In this document: piece after piece, positions 12,079-24,536 of the stretch
How positions within the stretch are numbered: position 1 is the first letter of the stretch
Layout: every line of letters starts with the position of its first letter
Position numbers and translations under genes: made by a program
The notes under the pieces: generated by a model
Told to the model about the DNA's origin: nothing
Seen by the model: only the letters and a program-made list of their open reading frames with translations
Database searches by the model: none
NCBI GenBank assembly: GCA_000388065.2
Contig: KB932201.1
Origin: Fonticula alba ATCC 38817
Lineage: Eukaryota > Protista > Nucleariida
Direction: 5' to 3' (one strand)
DNA length: 64,000 nt

Positions 12079-13992
12079 AGCGGCGGTGCAGGAGGGAGGA
12101 GCCGATGCCCGGGCTAGCGGGGCAGAGATGCGCGATTTCCGCCGAAGCCAGGTGGGCGAAGGGGAGGCGGTCGGGCGAGAGTCAGTGTCACTGGACGGGG
12201 GAGAGGGAGGACAGCCGGACAGGGAGGAGCCTGGCGGTGTGTGGCCCGCCAGTGGAGGGGAGGATAGCTGCAGGAGCGACATCATTACAAGGGGATGATC
12301 GGGGAAGTAGGGGGGGGGGGGGAAGGTCGGAGGATACACAGGGGAACGGGAGGCCAGGAAGTGTGCAAGGCACGGTACCTAAGCCAGATGGGAAAGAAAA
12401 AAAGGGGAGAGCGGTGCGAAGAGCGCCGGGAACTCGAGTATGTGTTTGTGCGTGCGTGCGTGTGTGCGTGCAAGGGTGGGGGAGGGTAGTTTGCGAGAAG
12501 CAAAGAGGGGAGGGGGGAGGCAAGGAGGTAGGCAAGTGGGAGCTTGTGTTGGAGGCAGTGTCTGGGACCGGACCCGGAGGCGGGATGTGCCAGCCGCCGA
12601 AGAATGTTCTCCCGCCTCCACACGCCCACACGGCCCGACGGGCCTCTTTCGGCGCGTCCCCCCCNNNNNNNNNNNNNNNNNNNNNNNNNNNNNNNNNNNG
12701 GGCCGCGACGTCGGTCCCGCCCGGTGGCCACTTCTCCCGGTCTACGCTCCCCGGGGCTGGGCTCGGGTCGTCCGGCCTCCCCTCGCTCCCCCCCCTTCTT
12801 CGCCGCCCCTGCCTTACACACAAGGGCCCCGGCCTGCAGGGGGCACTGGTTGCCCGGTGCGGCCGAGGGCCGCCGAGACTGGGCAGACCCCCTGGGACCT
12901 CCTGGCCCGGTTATTCCCGGTGGGCCTCGAACTCCGCGGGGCCGCTGGGCGACCGTTTCGCGTCCCCCCCCCCCCTTTCTCGCCCGAGAAACTGGCTGTC
13001 TGGGCGAGATCGGCGGCGTGCTGCTTTCCTTGCCCGTGTCCACGCCGGACCTGTTTGCGTAACACACCGCCCAGGCACGGGGCAGACCGGCCGGACGCGC
13101 GTCCGGAGCCCGGCTCCATCGGCCTTCGCCAGAGAAGCCCGATAAGACAGCTTCACCGAGGCCGGGATCGGTGGAGCCGCGCCATGGCCACCAGCACCGA
13201 GTGTGGAAAAGCCCGGGACAACCGACGACGGGCGTTCTGAAAGACAGAACACATGATCCCCACATGGCCCAGACAGGGTCCAGAACGAGGTGCTGGAGTG
13301 TTTGGTCAGACAGCCCCCGATCGCGGCACTTTTGTCTGGTTGTCTTTGGGCTGCCCCTGTCCTGCGCCACAGGGGCCCCGCCACCACACCACCACTCGCC
13401 CGTGCGCAAGAGGAATGGTGGTGCACCATCCTCCTGTGCTTCTCTTTGGGCCACGAGGAAAAAGACAAGGAGGGCTTTGGCGAAGAAGAGGGATCAATAT
13501 GCATGGTCCTCCCTCGCGATTGCTGCGACAACGGAGGGAGGGGAGGGGAGGCGAGGCGAGGTGAGAGCCACACATGCTCCCTCCTATACACTCACTCATG
13601 GAGGGGGTGGTGTGTGGGTGTGGGGCGAGGCGCCAGGCCGGACGACATTGTGGGTATCACATACATCTGAATGCTGTTTTATTCGCAGGAGAGCGACCGC
13701 GCACACACGCGCGAGGGAAGGCAAGGGGGGGGGGCACATGGCATGGTCCTGCTATTTCCACATACACACACATACACACACCTCACTTGCTTTGCCTCGC
13801 TCTCTCACTCTCTAGAGTAACCGCACGCTCTGCGTGGGTCTAATGTGTGCAGAGGAAGGGGAAGCCACGCGCGAAGTACGGTGCGGCATGTGCATTGCCC
13901 AGCCCTCGTCCTCCACTGCCGGTCGGTTGTGTGTGTGTGTCTCTCTCTCTCTGTCTCTGATACACGCACACTCGCAGGTTCCCGCACAGGAT

Positions 13993-16900
13993 CTACTCAA
14001 CCTTGAGGGTGGTGTTCCGGAAGGTGTAGAAGATCTGCAGGGAATCGGGGTTGCTGATGGCACCGCTGGGGACGATGTCCTGTCCCCCGAGAATGCGCTT
14101 GACCGCGACTTCGACCTTCTTGCCATTGGTAGTGTGCTGTTTTTTTTTGTTTGCCGCGCCCATCACCCGACGAGGACACACACGCCGTACATATGCGCAT
14201 GCGTAGCCGTAGCGGTGTTAGTAGAGAGCAAGAGAGCGCGCGCGCGCGCACACACACACAAACACGCGTGTGATGCGGTGTTTGTGTTTGTATGTGGATG
14301 CCCTGGGGGGTGGTGCACACTGGGCAGGGGAAAAGTAAACGAGAAAAAAAACGCAGCATACACGCGCGCGTTGGCGGGGGGTTACGTACGGGGATGTCGG
14401 CAACCGGCAGGATGAACGAGGGGACATGCCGCGGGGAGAGCTCACTACGAATGTGAAGGCTGAGGGAGGGGGAGGGGAGCATGGATGCGAAGGGTCAGTG
14501 GCAGACAGGGTCAAACGCATGAGCTGGACTAGCTGAGGTCGGGTGTGGGTGCGGAGAGAGAGAGAGAGGGGGGGGGGGCGGGCGGGGGAGCGTGTGTAGG
14601 CGCGACGCTGCGTGTATGTATAAATATATGGCACATGCTTGTGCAAGCCCGCACGCACCGGATCTTGTTGATGAGGTTGTCGTCCAGCTCGTGGCCCTCG
14701 GCCATCTGGAGGAACATGATGACACGCTCGTCATCGTGCATGGGCTGACCAACAACCAGGCAGTCGGCGATCTGCTCATAGGGCTCGACTGTGGGAGGGG
14801 CCAGGTCAGCATGGGTGTATGTGTGCGTGGTTATGGTTGTCAGTATCAGGCTACGTTGGCAGGGGGGAAGGAGGAGCCAGAGATAGGGACAGGGCAATCG
14901 GGGCGGACATGTCAGCGACAGGGGGAAGGGAGGCGACGCGTCAGCAACGCACTCAGGTTGTACAGCTCGGCGGTGCCAATGCGAATGCCACCCGGGTTCA
15001 GGGTGCCATCACTGCGGCCGAGCATGAGGATACCACCGGTATGGGGGCTGATTGCCATGAAGTCCCCATGGTACCAGACGTCTAGATGGGGAGGAAGGAT
15101 ATGTGGGATGTGTTTTGTAAGCAAGCAGAGGCGCGGCAGTGGGCCGAAGGTGGAGGGCAGGGGGCGCCGCGCGATAGGCCCCTCCCCCCTTCCGGGAGAA
15201 GGGCCAACAAGCGGAAAGGCCAGGCGGACATACTCTCAAAGTTGGAGAAATAGGCCGACCGATACTTGGAGCCATCCGAGTCATTCCAGAAGTAGACCGG
15301 GGCGCAGGGGAAGGGCTTGGTGCACACCAAGTCACCCTTGTTGCCGCGAGGAACGCTCTTGGCGGTCTCCTCATCCCAGCACTCGACCTTCATGCCGAGG
15401 CAGATGCACTGAATCTCGCCTGTAGAGACAATTGTGTTTGTCGCCGCCCGTTGCCATCATCAAAAGTGCACCAGGAGCGGAGGGGGGGGGGGGGGGGGGG
15501 AAGGGAGGGCGGCGGCGGCATTGGGCCGGGGGAGGGTCGCGCAAGAGGGTCAGCAATTCCAGCAAAAATGAATGAGGCTTTCTTGCCAGGAGGAGGCGCC
15601 AGGGAAGGAACGGCGAGCCGCACGTACCGCGGTACACGGGCAGCATGGTGTTGTGCCCGGCAAAGAGAGACACAATGTCGGTACCACCGGTGATGGAGCC
15701 CAGGCAAAGGTCCTTGTTGATGTAGGCGTAGATGAAGTCGAAGCTCTCCGGCTTGAGGGGCGAGCCGGTCGAGTAGACCGAGCGAATCTTCGACAGATCG
15801 TGCTTGGTGTTGGGCTGGATACCGGCCTCCTCGATGGCGGCGAAGTACTTGGCGCTGGCGCCGAAGCAAGTGACCCCAAGCTCCTCAGCCAGCTGGTACA
15901 GGTAGTAGCCAGACGGGCGGAGGGGAGACCCGTCAAAGAGGACGATGGCCGCACCCACGCTCAGGGTGGACACCAGCCAGTTCCACATCATCCAGCCGGT
16001 GGTGGTGTACTGGAAGACAACATCCTTCGGGGACACATCACCATGGATCATATGCTCCTTCTTGTGCTGGAGCAGCGGCCCGCCAGTGGAGTGGACAATG
16101 CACTTGGGGTTGCCGGTGGTGCCGGAAGAGAAAAGGATAAAGCCCGGGTGGTTGAAGGGCAGCTGCTCGAAGACCAGGGGCGGGAAGTCCGCCTCACCGG
16201 GGCCATTGCGACCGGTGGACATGAAATCGTCGAAGGTGATGCTACGCATGGGAGGGCGGCGAGGGGGAGNNNNNNNNNNNNNNNNNNNNNNNNNNNNNNN
16301 NNNNNNNNNNNNNNNNNNNNNNNNNNNNNNNNNNNNNNNNNNNNNNNNNNNNNNNNNNNNNNNNNNNNNNNNNNNNNNNNNNNNNNNNNNNNNNNNNNNN
16401 NNNNNNNNNNNNNNNNNNNNNNNNNNNNNNNNNNNNNNNNNNNNNNNNNNNNNNNNNNNNNNNNNNNNNNNNNNNNNNNNNNNNNNNNNNNNNNNNNNNN
16501 NNNNNNNNNNNNNNNNNNNGGGGGGGGGGAACAAAGGACTGCATACCTCGAGCGGATGGACAGGTCCACGGGCTCCTTGGGGTGGAAGGGAACGATGACA
16601 ACGTGCTCGACCTCAGGCAAGTCTGGGCGGAGGGCAAGGCGGGGGTCAGTTGATTGGAAAGGACGAGGGCGGCACCGTAGGTGCGCAGGGGCGGGGGGAG
16701 AGGGAGGGCACAGGCGTAAGTCATGCGCACTGTTGATGATCTCCTCGAGCTTCTCCTTCTGGGAGAAGGTCCGACCGTTGTAAACCACGGCGTTGACGGT
16801 GAAGATGACCTTCGGCTTGATCTGCGAGAAGCGCTCGAGGACACCCTTGGTGCCGAAGTCCGGGGACGTGGAGGACCAGATGGCACCAATGCTGATGGTG

Positions 16901-17682
16901 GCCAGCATGGCCACGACAGCCTCGATGCAGTTGGCGATGTAGCCACCCACACGGTCATTGACGGTGACGCCGGCCGCACGGAGGGCCGCGGCGCAGCGCT
17001 GCACGCGGGTGTGCAGCTCAGCGAAGGTGACCTTCTCCAGAGGGCGGGTCTCACCTGTGTGCATATGCGCGCATAGGTAAGCACAACCGGTCAATCAAAT
17101 GCATCGGGCGATGTGGGTGTGTGCATGCGTGCGTGCGTGCGTGCGTGCGTGCGCGCGCGAGGGGGAGGCAAGGGTGCCGAATTGCACACGCACTGGCCGA
17201 ATAGATGGCGATGGAGTTGCCATTATCGACGTGAGCCGGCCACAGGCAATTCTCGGCGTAGTTGAGGCGCGCCTCGGGGAACCAGACCGGCACGTCGGCC
17301 GGATGGGCGTCCTTCGGGACAACCATGGCGCCAGAGGCCGAAGGGGCCGGCGTGGAGGAGATGATGTTGGTGAAGTCCCAAACCGCGGACCAGAAAAGGT
17401 CAATCTGGTCGGTGGACCACTCGAGCAGCTCGGGGTAGGAGGCTGCGGGGGCGTTGGCGTTAGGAAAGGGGGAGGAGGGAGGGAGAGCACTCGAGGCAGG
17501 GCAGGGCATTGGTGTGGGTGCGTGGATGGGGGGCCAGGCGCACCCAGGTTCAGGCCGTGGCGGTTGTTGACCATCTGCATGAAGGCGAACATGTTGGTGG
17601 CCTCCGGGGCGGAGGGAGTCCACAGCGGAGTGGGGCAGGTGGGCCCGAAGATGCTCTCCGCTTCGGCGATCGGGTTGGTCAT
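13993..17682 (-). CDS. AACS: Acetoacetyl-CoA synthetase; 10 exons: 17682..17544, 17442..17194, 17054..16731, 16622..16547, 16241..15628, 15419..15234, 15081..14953, 14788..14659, 14459..14390, 14136..13993
   Basis: [37 protein letters not shown]-binding [96 protein letters not shown]. The N gap 16270-16519 falls in an intron. Confidence 0.96.
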
Positions 17683-20245
17683 GTCTGCTGGGGGAGGGGA
17701 GGGGGGGGGGGAGGGGAAAGAAAGGGGGGGGGAGTGTGCGGGGGGACAGCACAAGGGACATCGAGGGGCGTCGCAGCCGGGAGGGGAGGCCGCTCCTCTG
17801 GGGGGGGAAGAGGGGCGGTGGGGGACCGGAAAAATGTAAACACCTCTCCCCGCTCTCGTCAAGGGGGCGGCGGGGGGGGGGGGACTGCGAGCTCCGGCCC
17901 GCCCCGTTCGCGCGGCCGGCAAACGCGAGGGAAAGCCGAGCGGTGTGGTCCTTCCCCCGCGTCGTCGGCCGGATCTCACCCAGCACAAGGGAAGTCTGAG
18001 AGAGAGGGAGAGACACACCCCCCACACACAAATGCGCACACATGCAGAGGGTCTTCCTTGTTGGCGAACTTGTGGCTCGGGATCCACGGACCCGCATAGG
18101 CCCGCTCACACGCACGGGGGTCATCCAGTCCTGAGGGCACACGCGCGGGCCATTTCCGCACAAGCGCCGCCGCCGCCCGGCGAATGTGTGTGGACGCATG
18201 CAGGCCGCGCGCATCCTCCACCGAGTCCGAGTCAGAGTGAGGGAGGGGGGCGGGAGTGGGGGGGGGGGGATCTCAAGCGGCGGCTGTTTCACCGGCCTCC
18301 AGGCTGCCAGAGAGCCCCACTCTCGGGGGCTTTGGTCGGCGTCTGCCTGACTCCGGCGCGCGCGGGGAGGGCGGCGCACCCGCGTGTACCGCGCGCGCAC
18401 ACCGGCTTGCATGTTGTTCCGGTGGGCCGGCCGCAGTGCCGAGGGACGGAGGCGAGCACACCCGCGCAGCCCGCCCCCCNNNNNNNNNNCCCCCCCCCCA
18501 TTCCGGGCTGGCCAGAGCGGCGGCTGAAAAAGATGCCCTCGTACCCGCAGGGGGCACCAAGGGGAGCCGGGCCCACCGCGCCAATGTTGTTATTGGCCTA
18601 GCTTGTGCTTTGGCTTGCCATCGTCTGCCCTGGCGGCTCTCCTTGTGTCCTGCTTCGAGGGCTGGGGCCGGGCGCTTGGCGCCAGCTGCGATCTCCGGCT
18701 CCCCCCCCCTCCCCCGGCGGCGGCGGACTCGGGCAACCGCCCGCGCCTCCGCCCCGGTACGCACGCGAGAATATTGCCTGATTTTGGCCCGACACCCGGC
18801 CCCGTTGTAGTCACACACCCATTGGCCGCTCCAACGGAACCGGGGGCCGGAGTGGGGGGGGGGGGGGGGGGACGAAGGGAACCCCACGCATCCGGGCCGG
18901 GGCATTTCCGGGGCCAGGTGGTTCGGCCCACATTTTCATACGCCTCTCCGGCTCCCCCACCCGGTGTCTGCCCATCCAGAATGCCCGCGGAGGCCGTTGC
19001 TTCCCGGAGGTCTGCCGTCCGCACCCCCCCCCCCCCCCCCAAGCGCAGGCCCCGACTTGGCTCTCCACGACCCAAGGCCCAGCCACATGGGAGCGACCCC
19101 ACCGGCACGCGGGGAGCTGATCACTCCATGTGGTCATATGATCACACACAACTCCCCACCCCAGGCCCCGATGCAGCACTCCCGCGCGCGCGTTATGCGT
19201 CCAGGGCCGCTTCCCGCGCTCTTTGTCCGCGTCTCTCCCTGTCCCGTTCTGTCTCGATGCCTGTGTGTGCGTGTGTCCTCTCTCTCTCCCACTCTCTCTC
19301 TCTCTCTCTCTCTCACTCCCTCTCGCTCTCTCTTTCCGAAGGGGAAGCCACGCAGCAGGAGGGGGCGTGTCCAGACCCTGGGAGTCTTGGCGTTTCCGGG
19401 CCGGGAGGGGGGGGGGTGAAAAAACAGTGCCGCGCCCATCCCCGCGGCCTCCACCCTTTTTATGCTCGGGAGTAGTAATAACAAGTCTTGCAGCGCAACT
19501 GACGCCTGGAGATCGCGGCGGATCTTCGACCCCCGGGCCCGGGGGCCCTCCTGTCTTCTCTTGCCATTGTTTCTTGCTCACTTGTCTCTCTCCCGCCCCC
19601 CCCCCCCCTCGAGATTTCTCGGAGCCCACCCGGGGCGGCTATCTTGAGGGCCAGCGATTGCCCCACCCTCCCTGGTCTTTTTCCTCTTGCCCCCCTCCTG
19701 CCACTTTCTCACAAGGCAGGGGATGTTCCGTTGCCGTCACTAGCCCACATTCAGGCACGTCGGCCAGCCCCACTGTCGTCGCATGCTTATTTGTACGTTA
19801 TAGTGCCGGGCTTGCCGTTTGGGGGGGGGGGGGGGCACAGATTTCCCCCGAGCGCCGAAAGGGGACGCACATGGAGAGCACAGACAGAGGGGAATGATTT
19901 TCTTGCTATATTTGGTGCAGTTGCCATGTTGCCAGGCAGCACGAACGGCCGCGCGCGCCAATGGCCAGTGAGGGGGAGAGGACAAGCCGCAGTATGTGCA
20001 ACGATCGGAGGAAGCGCGAGCGAGCCAAAGAGAGGGAGAAAGAAAGACACAAAGAAAGACAGGAGGGGGGGGGGAGGGGAGGGGAGGCGCGGAGAGGGTG
20101 GGAGAGGGTGACATAGTGCACTGACACGCCCATACCCCCGCGTGTCCACACAGGGGGGGCCGATTTCCCGGAGACAATGGGCACCATGAAAGGGCAGGAG
20201 GTCAGGGAAGAGGGGAGGAAGGAGAGTGCCCGACACGGGTGGGGA

Positions 20246-21400
20246 TTACTCGCTGCCCCCGGTGGGGGTGGCGGCGGTGGCCGACATCGACACACCGGCA
20301 CCAGTCACCGAGTGATGGTGCGGGGCACGCGGCCGAGCACCGGGGTGCCGGGGCCCCGGACGCCCGGACGCCATTCCCCCCTGTGGCACGCCGTCCGCCT
20401 GGTAGGCCAGGCCATAGGCCGCCTGCGGGGCGAGGGGCATTCCCCCGCCGGCCGGGAACCCGGCTCCCGGCATGGTGCCATGATAGGCGTTGCCCTGGGC
20501 GCCGCGAGGATGCTGCAGAATGTGCGGCGCCGGGGGGCGCGGGGCCCCGGCATTGCGAGGCTGCCCGCCGGCGGCGGGGAACTTGCTCAGCGGCCGCTGC
20601 TGGCAGGGGACATAGCTGCTGTGCTCGGCACAGTAGAGGCAAAGGCCGGCCTTGATGCGACGCTCGCGCTCCTCCGCCGACAGGGGGCCACGGTGACGGC
20701 GCTGGCCCGATTGCTGCGAAGAGGCGGGCGCCAGGGCAGCCGGCGACTGGCCGGCCGGCTGCATGGACGGATCCGACACGGCCACCTGGGCGCCGGCCGC
20801 CCCGGAGGCCGTCAGCGACACGGCCGTCGGGGCCGACATCGGGTCCAGGCCGTTTTGCACGTGGGCCGGCCGCGTCGGACAGGGAGCACTGCTCGGGTGC
20901 ACGCCGCAGTAGGAGCACAGTCCGGAGGCGGTCCGGCGGTTGCGCTCCTCCTGAGTGAGGGAATACCGGCCGGTGGTCAGATCCAGGACTCGGCCCATGC
21001 GCAGCATCTGCATGCACTGGACATTGTTCGGGTGACCGCCGCAAATCATGCACAGCCGGTTGAGAGCCCGATCGCGCTGCTGCCGGGCATGGTCCTGCAG
21101 CGAGGGGGGCCGGAAGGCCTGAAGTGGAGGGACGCCCCGGCGAACGAGGCGCATGCAGGGAAGCGTGGCGCTGTGCTTTCCGCAGTACATGCACTGGCCC
21201 TTTTGCATGCGGGCGGCGCGCATGTCGTCGGTCAGCGGCCCGATCGACCCGTCGGCCGAGGGGGAGGACTCATCGTCAGACTGGTCGTCGATGGCCGGGC
21301 TGCCAGCCGTCAGGGCGGTCTGGTCGAAGGCCGCGTGGGGGGAAGAGCCGGCCAGGGGCTCGGTGCCGGCATCGCCGGGGGACTCGAGGTAGGCTTGCAT
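20246..21400 (-). CDS. Intronless orphan protein (384 aa) with four CX2CX2HX5C zinc-knuckle-like repeats and a P/G/A/Q-rich tail
   Basis: Single ORF ATG 21400 to TAA 20246. Four copies of a basic helix plus Cys/His motif: MQKGQCMYCGKHSATLPC, ALNRLCMICGGHPNNVQC, TASGLCSYCGVHPSSAPC, IKAGLCLYCAEHSSYVPC. Identical ligand spacing in all four argues for real coding sequence. Confidence 0.8.
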   Translation of the reverse strand: MQAYLESPGDAGTEPLAGSSPHAAFDQTALTAGSPAIDDQSDDESSPSADGSIGPLTDDMRAARMQKGQCMYCGKHSATLPCMRLVRRGVPPLQAFRPPSLQDHARQQRDRALNRLCMICGGHPNNVQCMQMLRMGRVLDLTTGRYSLTQEERNRRTASGLCSYCGVHPSSAPCPTRPAHVQNGLDPMSAPTAVSLTASGAAGAQVAVSDPSMQPAGQSPAALAPASSQQSGQRRHRGPLSAEERERRIKAGLCLYCAEHSSYVPCQQRPLSKFPAAGGQPRNAGAPRPPAPHILQHPRGAQGNAYHGTMPGAGFPAGGGMPLAPQAAYGLAYQADGVPQGGMASGRPGPRHPGARPRAPHHHSVTGAGVSMSATAATPTGGSE

Positions 21401-24400
21401 GGCAGGCGGAAGCAGGGCGGAGGGGGCCGAAGGAGGAGAAGAGGGGAGGAAAGAGAGGGGAAAAGGAGGAGGATGGAGGGATATGGGGGAGGGGGGGGGG
21501 AGGATGGGGATGGGGAGAGGGGGAGGGCGGGTGTGACGTGCAGGACGTCGTGGGTCTGCGAAGGGGTCACACGCAGAGGAGTGGAGCGGGGAGGGAGGGA
21601 AAGGGAAGAGAGAAGGGGAGGTGGAGACCGGGTGTCCCTGAAGGCCTGTGTCACAGGATGGCCAGGCAGGTGGGTGTCAACCTGAGCCCTCAAAAGCTCG
21701 GGGCCCGTGAGCCGGCCAGGGGAATCAACCCTGGGAGGGGTGTGAGGGTGTGCGTGAGGCGCCGAGACCTGCGGCCCGGCCGAGCGACGTCCCGTAACAT
21801 GATGTGCGTCGAGCCGACAAGGGGGGGGGGGGGGGGGGGCGGGGGCGCCGAGGCGGGGCTGGGCCCCAGGCAGCGGGTTGGACCGGAGAGACCCCCTGCA
21901 CGGACATCGGGCTGTGCACGGCTATGGCGGCGGATCGTCGGGAGCATCGTCCATCCGGAGGGGGGGCGGGGGGGACAAGAGTGACGCGTCGCTCGGCCGA
22001 ACTAGGCAAGATGGCGGCCAACTGGCGCCCGCCCGGCAGTGCCGTGCGCCCCCGCCCAGCGAGAGCGCTTTGGTGTGGGAAATGGTCCGCACCCAGGGTG
22101 TATGCCTGTGTGCCAAGGGCTCTCGGCCTGCGACTGGTTGAACCGCTGGGCTTCCCGCGAAATGAGTGCGCGTGTTTTGGGAGGCCCAGCCATTCACATG
22201 CCGCCGGCCTCGGAGACGGGGGCGGCGAGGGCTGTCTCCTGCCAACCAGGGTGCGGGAGGCCGGGCCGCCCGGGGGTCCTTCGCCCGCCCGTCCCCCCCC
22301 CCCCCGGCGAGCCTCTGGGTCGGCAACACCTCTCACTAACGGGGAGCCTGGCGCCAACAGCCCGGCGCGGGGGAAGGCCGGGACGGGGGAGATCGGCTCG
22401 CCCTTTCGAGGGCCAGAAGCTTGACTGGCCAGCGGGGGGGGGGGGGCGGGGGGCGGGAGCGAGGCGGGCGTGGTAGATGTCCATACGCCCCGGCCCTGGG
22501 GGCGGACGGGTGGTTGAGGTCTGTCTCAAACGTCGGTGTACGCGGCGCGCGTGCTCGCCTCCGGGCGACCCTTCACTCGGGCGATCCGCCACAGTGCGGC
22601 CCGGGTTCCGCCCCCCCCCCCCCGGAGGGCGTGTGTGCGAGAGAACGGGCCAGCGGGCACTGGGAAAATGATCCGGCGCCCAAGCAAGCTGCCGGGTGTG
22701 AGAAAAAAGCCATTCTTCTCCCAGCGCCAGCCAGACAAAGGACCGACCAAGGGCCGGCGGACGGCTGCAAAGGGGGGGGGGGCCGGACCCGGGGGAAGCG
22801 GATCGCGCGGGATCTCTCCCTGGTCCGCCCCCCGGCGGCATGTGCCGGGCGCCCTGTGGGTCTCCCAGGCGAGGGTGGGACCGGACCGGCCGGACACCCC
22901 CGCCCGCCCGCGGCCAGGTCATGTCTTGTGCTGTGCCTCCGCGGGCCCGGGGGGGGGGGGGGGGCACGCCGTCGGGAGGGCGCCACCCCAGCTCCGCAAG
23001 GCCGGCCGCTCTGGAGGCTTGATCTGGGACCAACTGGCGCAAAGGTCATGGGCCTTTCAGCCCCAGGGCGGCGGGGATCCGCGGTAACGGTTTGCGGGGC
23101 ACTCGGAGGGTCTTCCTCGCTCCGCTGCCGCCCTCCCCGAAGGTCCACACCCGGGCCCGGGGTGCTCTAGGGCGCGCGCGCACGCGCGCCCGGCCAGATG
23201 GGGCCGGTCCTCGGAAGTATGGGAAGCCCCGGACTCGGCTGTGGTGGGGAAAACAAATGAATAAAAATACGTGGCAGACAGGAGGACAGCGCCCGTCGCC
23301 CTCCGGGGGCAGGCCCTTTCGGCGGGCTTCTCCCCGCGTGACTCGGCCCCCGGCGCCACCCCCACCCGCTCGGGCCGCTTCCCCGTCCCCTCTCCCAGGC
23401 ACAGGGGGGAGGGGGGGGGATCCATTGCGCGTGTGGGCTTCCTTGCGCCATCATGCAAGCCGGCCCCCATGTTGAGGCGCCGACCAGTTTGTTGAGGCGC
23501 CGGCCAGCTTGTTGCTTCCGGGTGCGGCTTCCCCGGGGCCGCAAGCGGGCCGCCTCGGGGGACATTCGCCTTCAGGGACGACCAGGCCCCCTGTCTTTCT
23601 CGGCTTCTCTTCCGACGCATCCGCCGTGCTTCCGGGAGAGGGGGGCCCTCCCCGGGAGCGGGCGTGCACGCGCGCGCGAGCAGACATGCGCACACGCGCT
23701 TCCCCGCCAACCGCCTGGTCTGAGGCTGCAGGGGGCACTGCCCTTCTTGCCGCCTGCCCCCCCCCCCCCCTCCCCCCCGTTCCACCCTCTGGGGTCGGCT
23801 CTGGCAGCCTTCCGGCCTGGGAGACCTTTCCCAGATCTCCCCCCCCTCCCCACCCCGGTTTCTTCCTTCCAGAGTCTGCGAGCCAGGCCCAAGGGCGCCC
23901 AGAATTTCAACGTGCTGGGTGGACCCCCGCCCAACCAAGAGCGGGGGAGGGGGCGGGGCGGACATGCCCGGGGAGCCGCCCCGAGACGGGAAACGCACAG
24001 AGCAGGCCGAGCCAGCAACGGTGATCGGGGCGCATGCACCGCGCCCCGCACACATATGGTCACGCGACCTGCGTGGCAACGGCCACGGCCTCTTTCCTCC
24101 CCGATCCCTCATCTCCCGGCCGGTGGCGACCAAAATGCCGCTCTCACCCCTCGGCCCGACGGTCCTGCCCTCGCCCGCGCCATTGGGAGCATCTTCCCCA
24201 CTTGGCATGACCCTCGCGCCTCCCTGTACCACACACACAAACACCCCCGGCGGCAGCGCGACAGGGATAGACAGGCGTGCGCGCACGCGGCCTGCAACAC
24301 ACCAGAGACATGATTGTGCTTATATTTTACATCTCTGTGTAGGAGGGGAAGTGTTTCCTCCTCCCCCCTCTCCCCCGGCCAAACACACAACAGGGCGTGC

Positions 24401-24536
24401 GATGGAGGCCCCTTGCGGAAAGAGGACGGACAGGGGGAGGAGAGAGGGGAAGAGAAGAAGAGCGAGGGTGAGACACACACGCACACCCACCCACCCGAAC
24501 AGGGGGGGGGGGGGAGAAGGGCGGCTCGTGCCACAC

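Noticed and set aside
19400-22400. Possible LTR retrotransposon around the zinc-knuckle ORF
   Set aside because: I found no direct terminal repeats, primer-binding site, or protease/RT/integrase motifs in the flanks by eye.
23221-23445. GGGAAGCCCCGGACTCGG and a downstream GGGCTTCC resemble RNase MRP CR-I/CR-V (P4)
   Set aside because: The bulged U of GAAAGuCCCC and the ACxxxxGGGGCUxA consensus are missing. An 8-bp complement is expected by chance in such GC-rich DNA.
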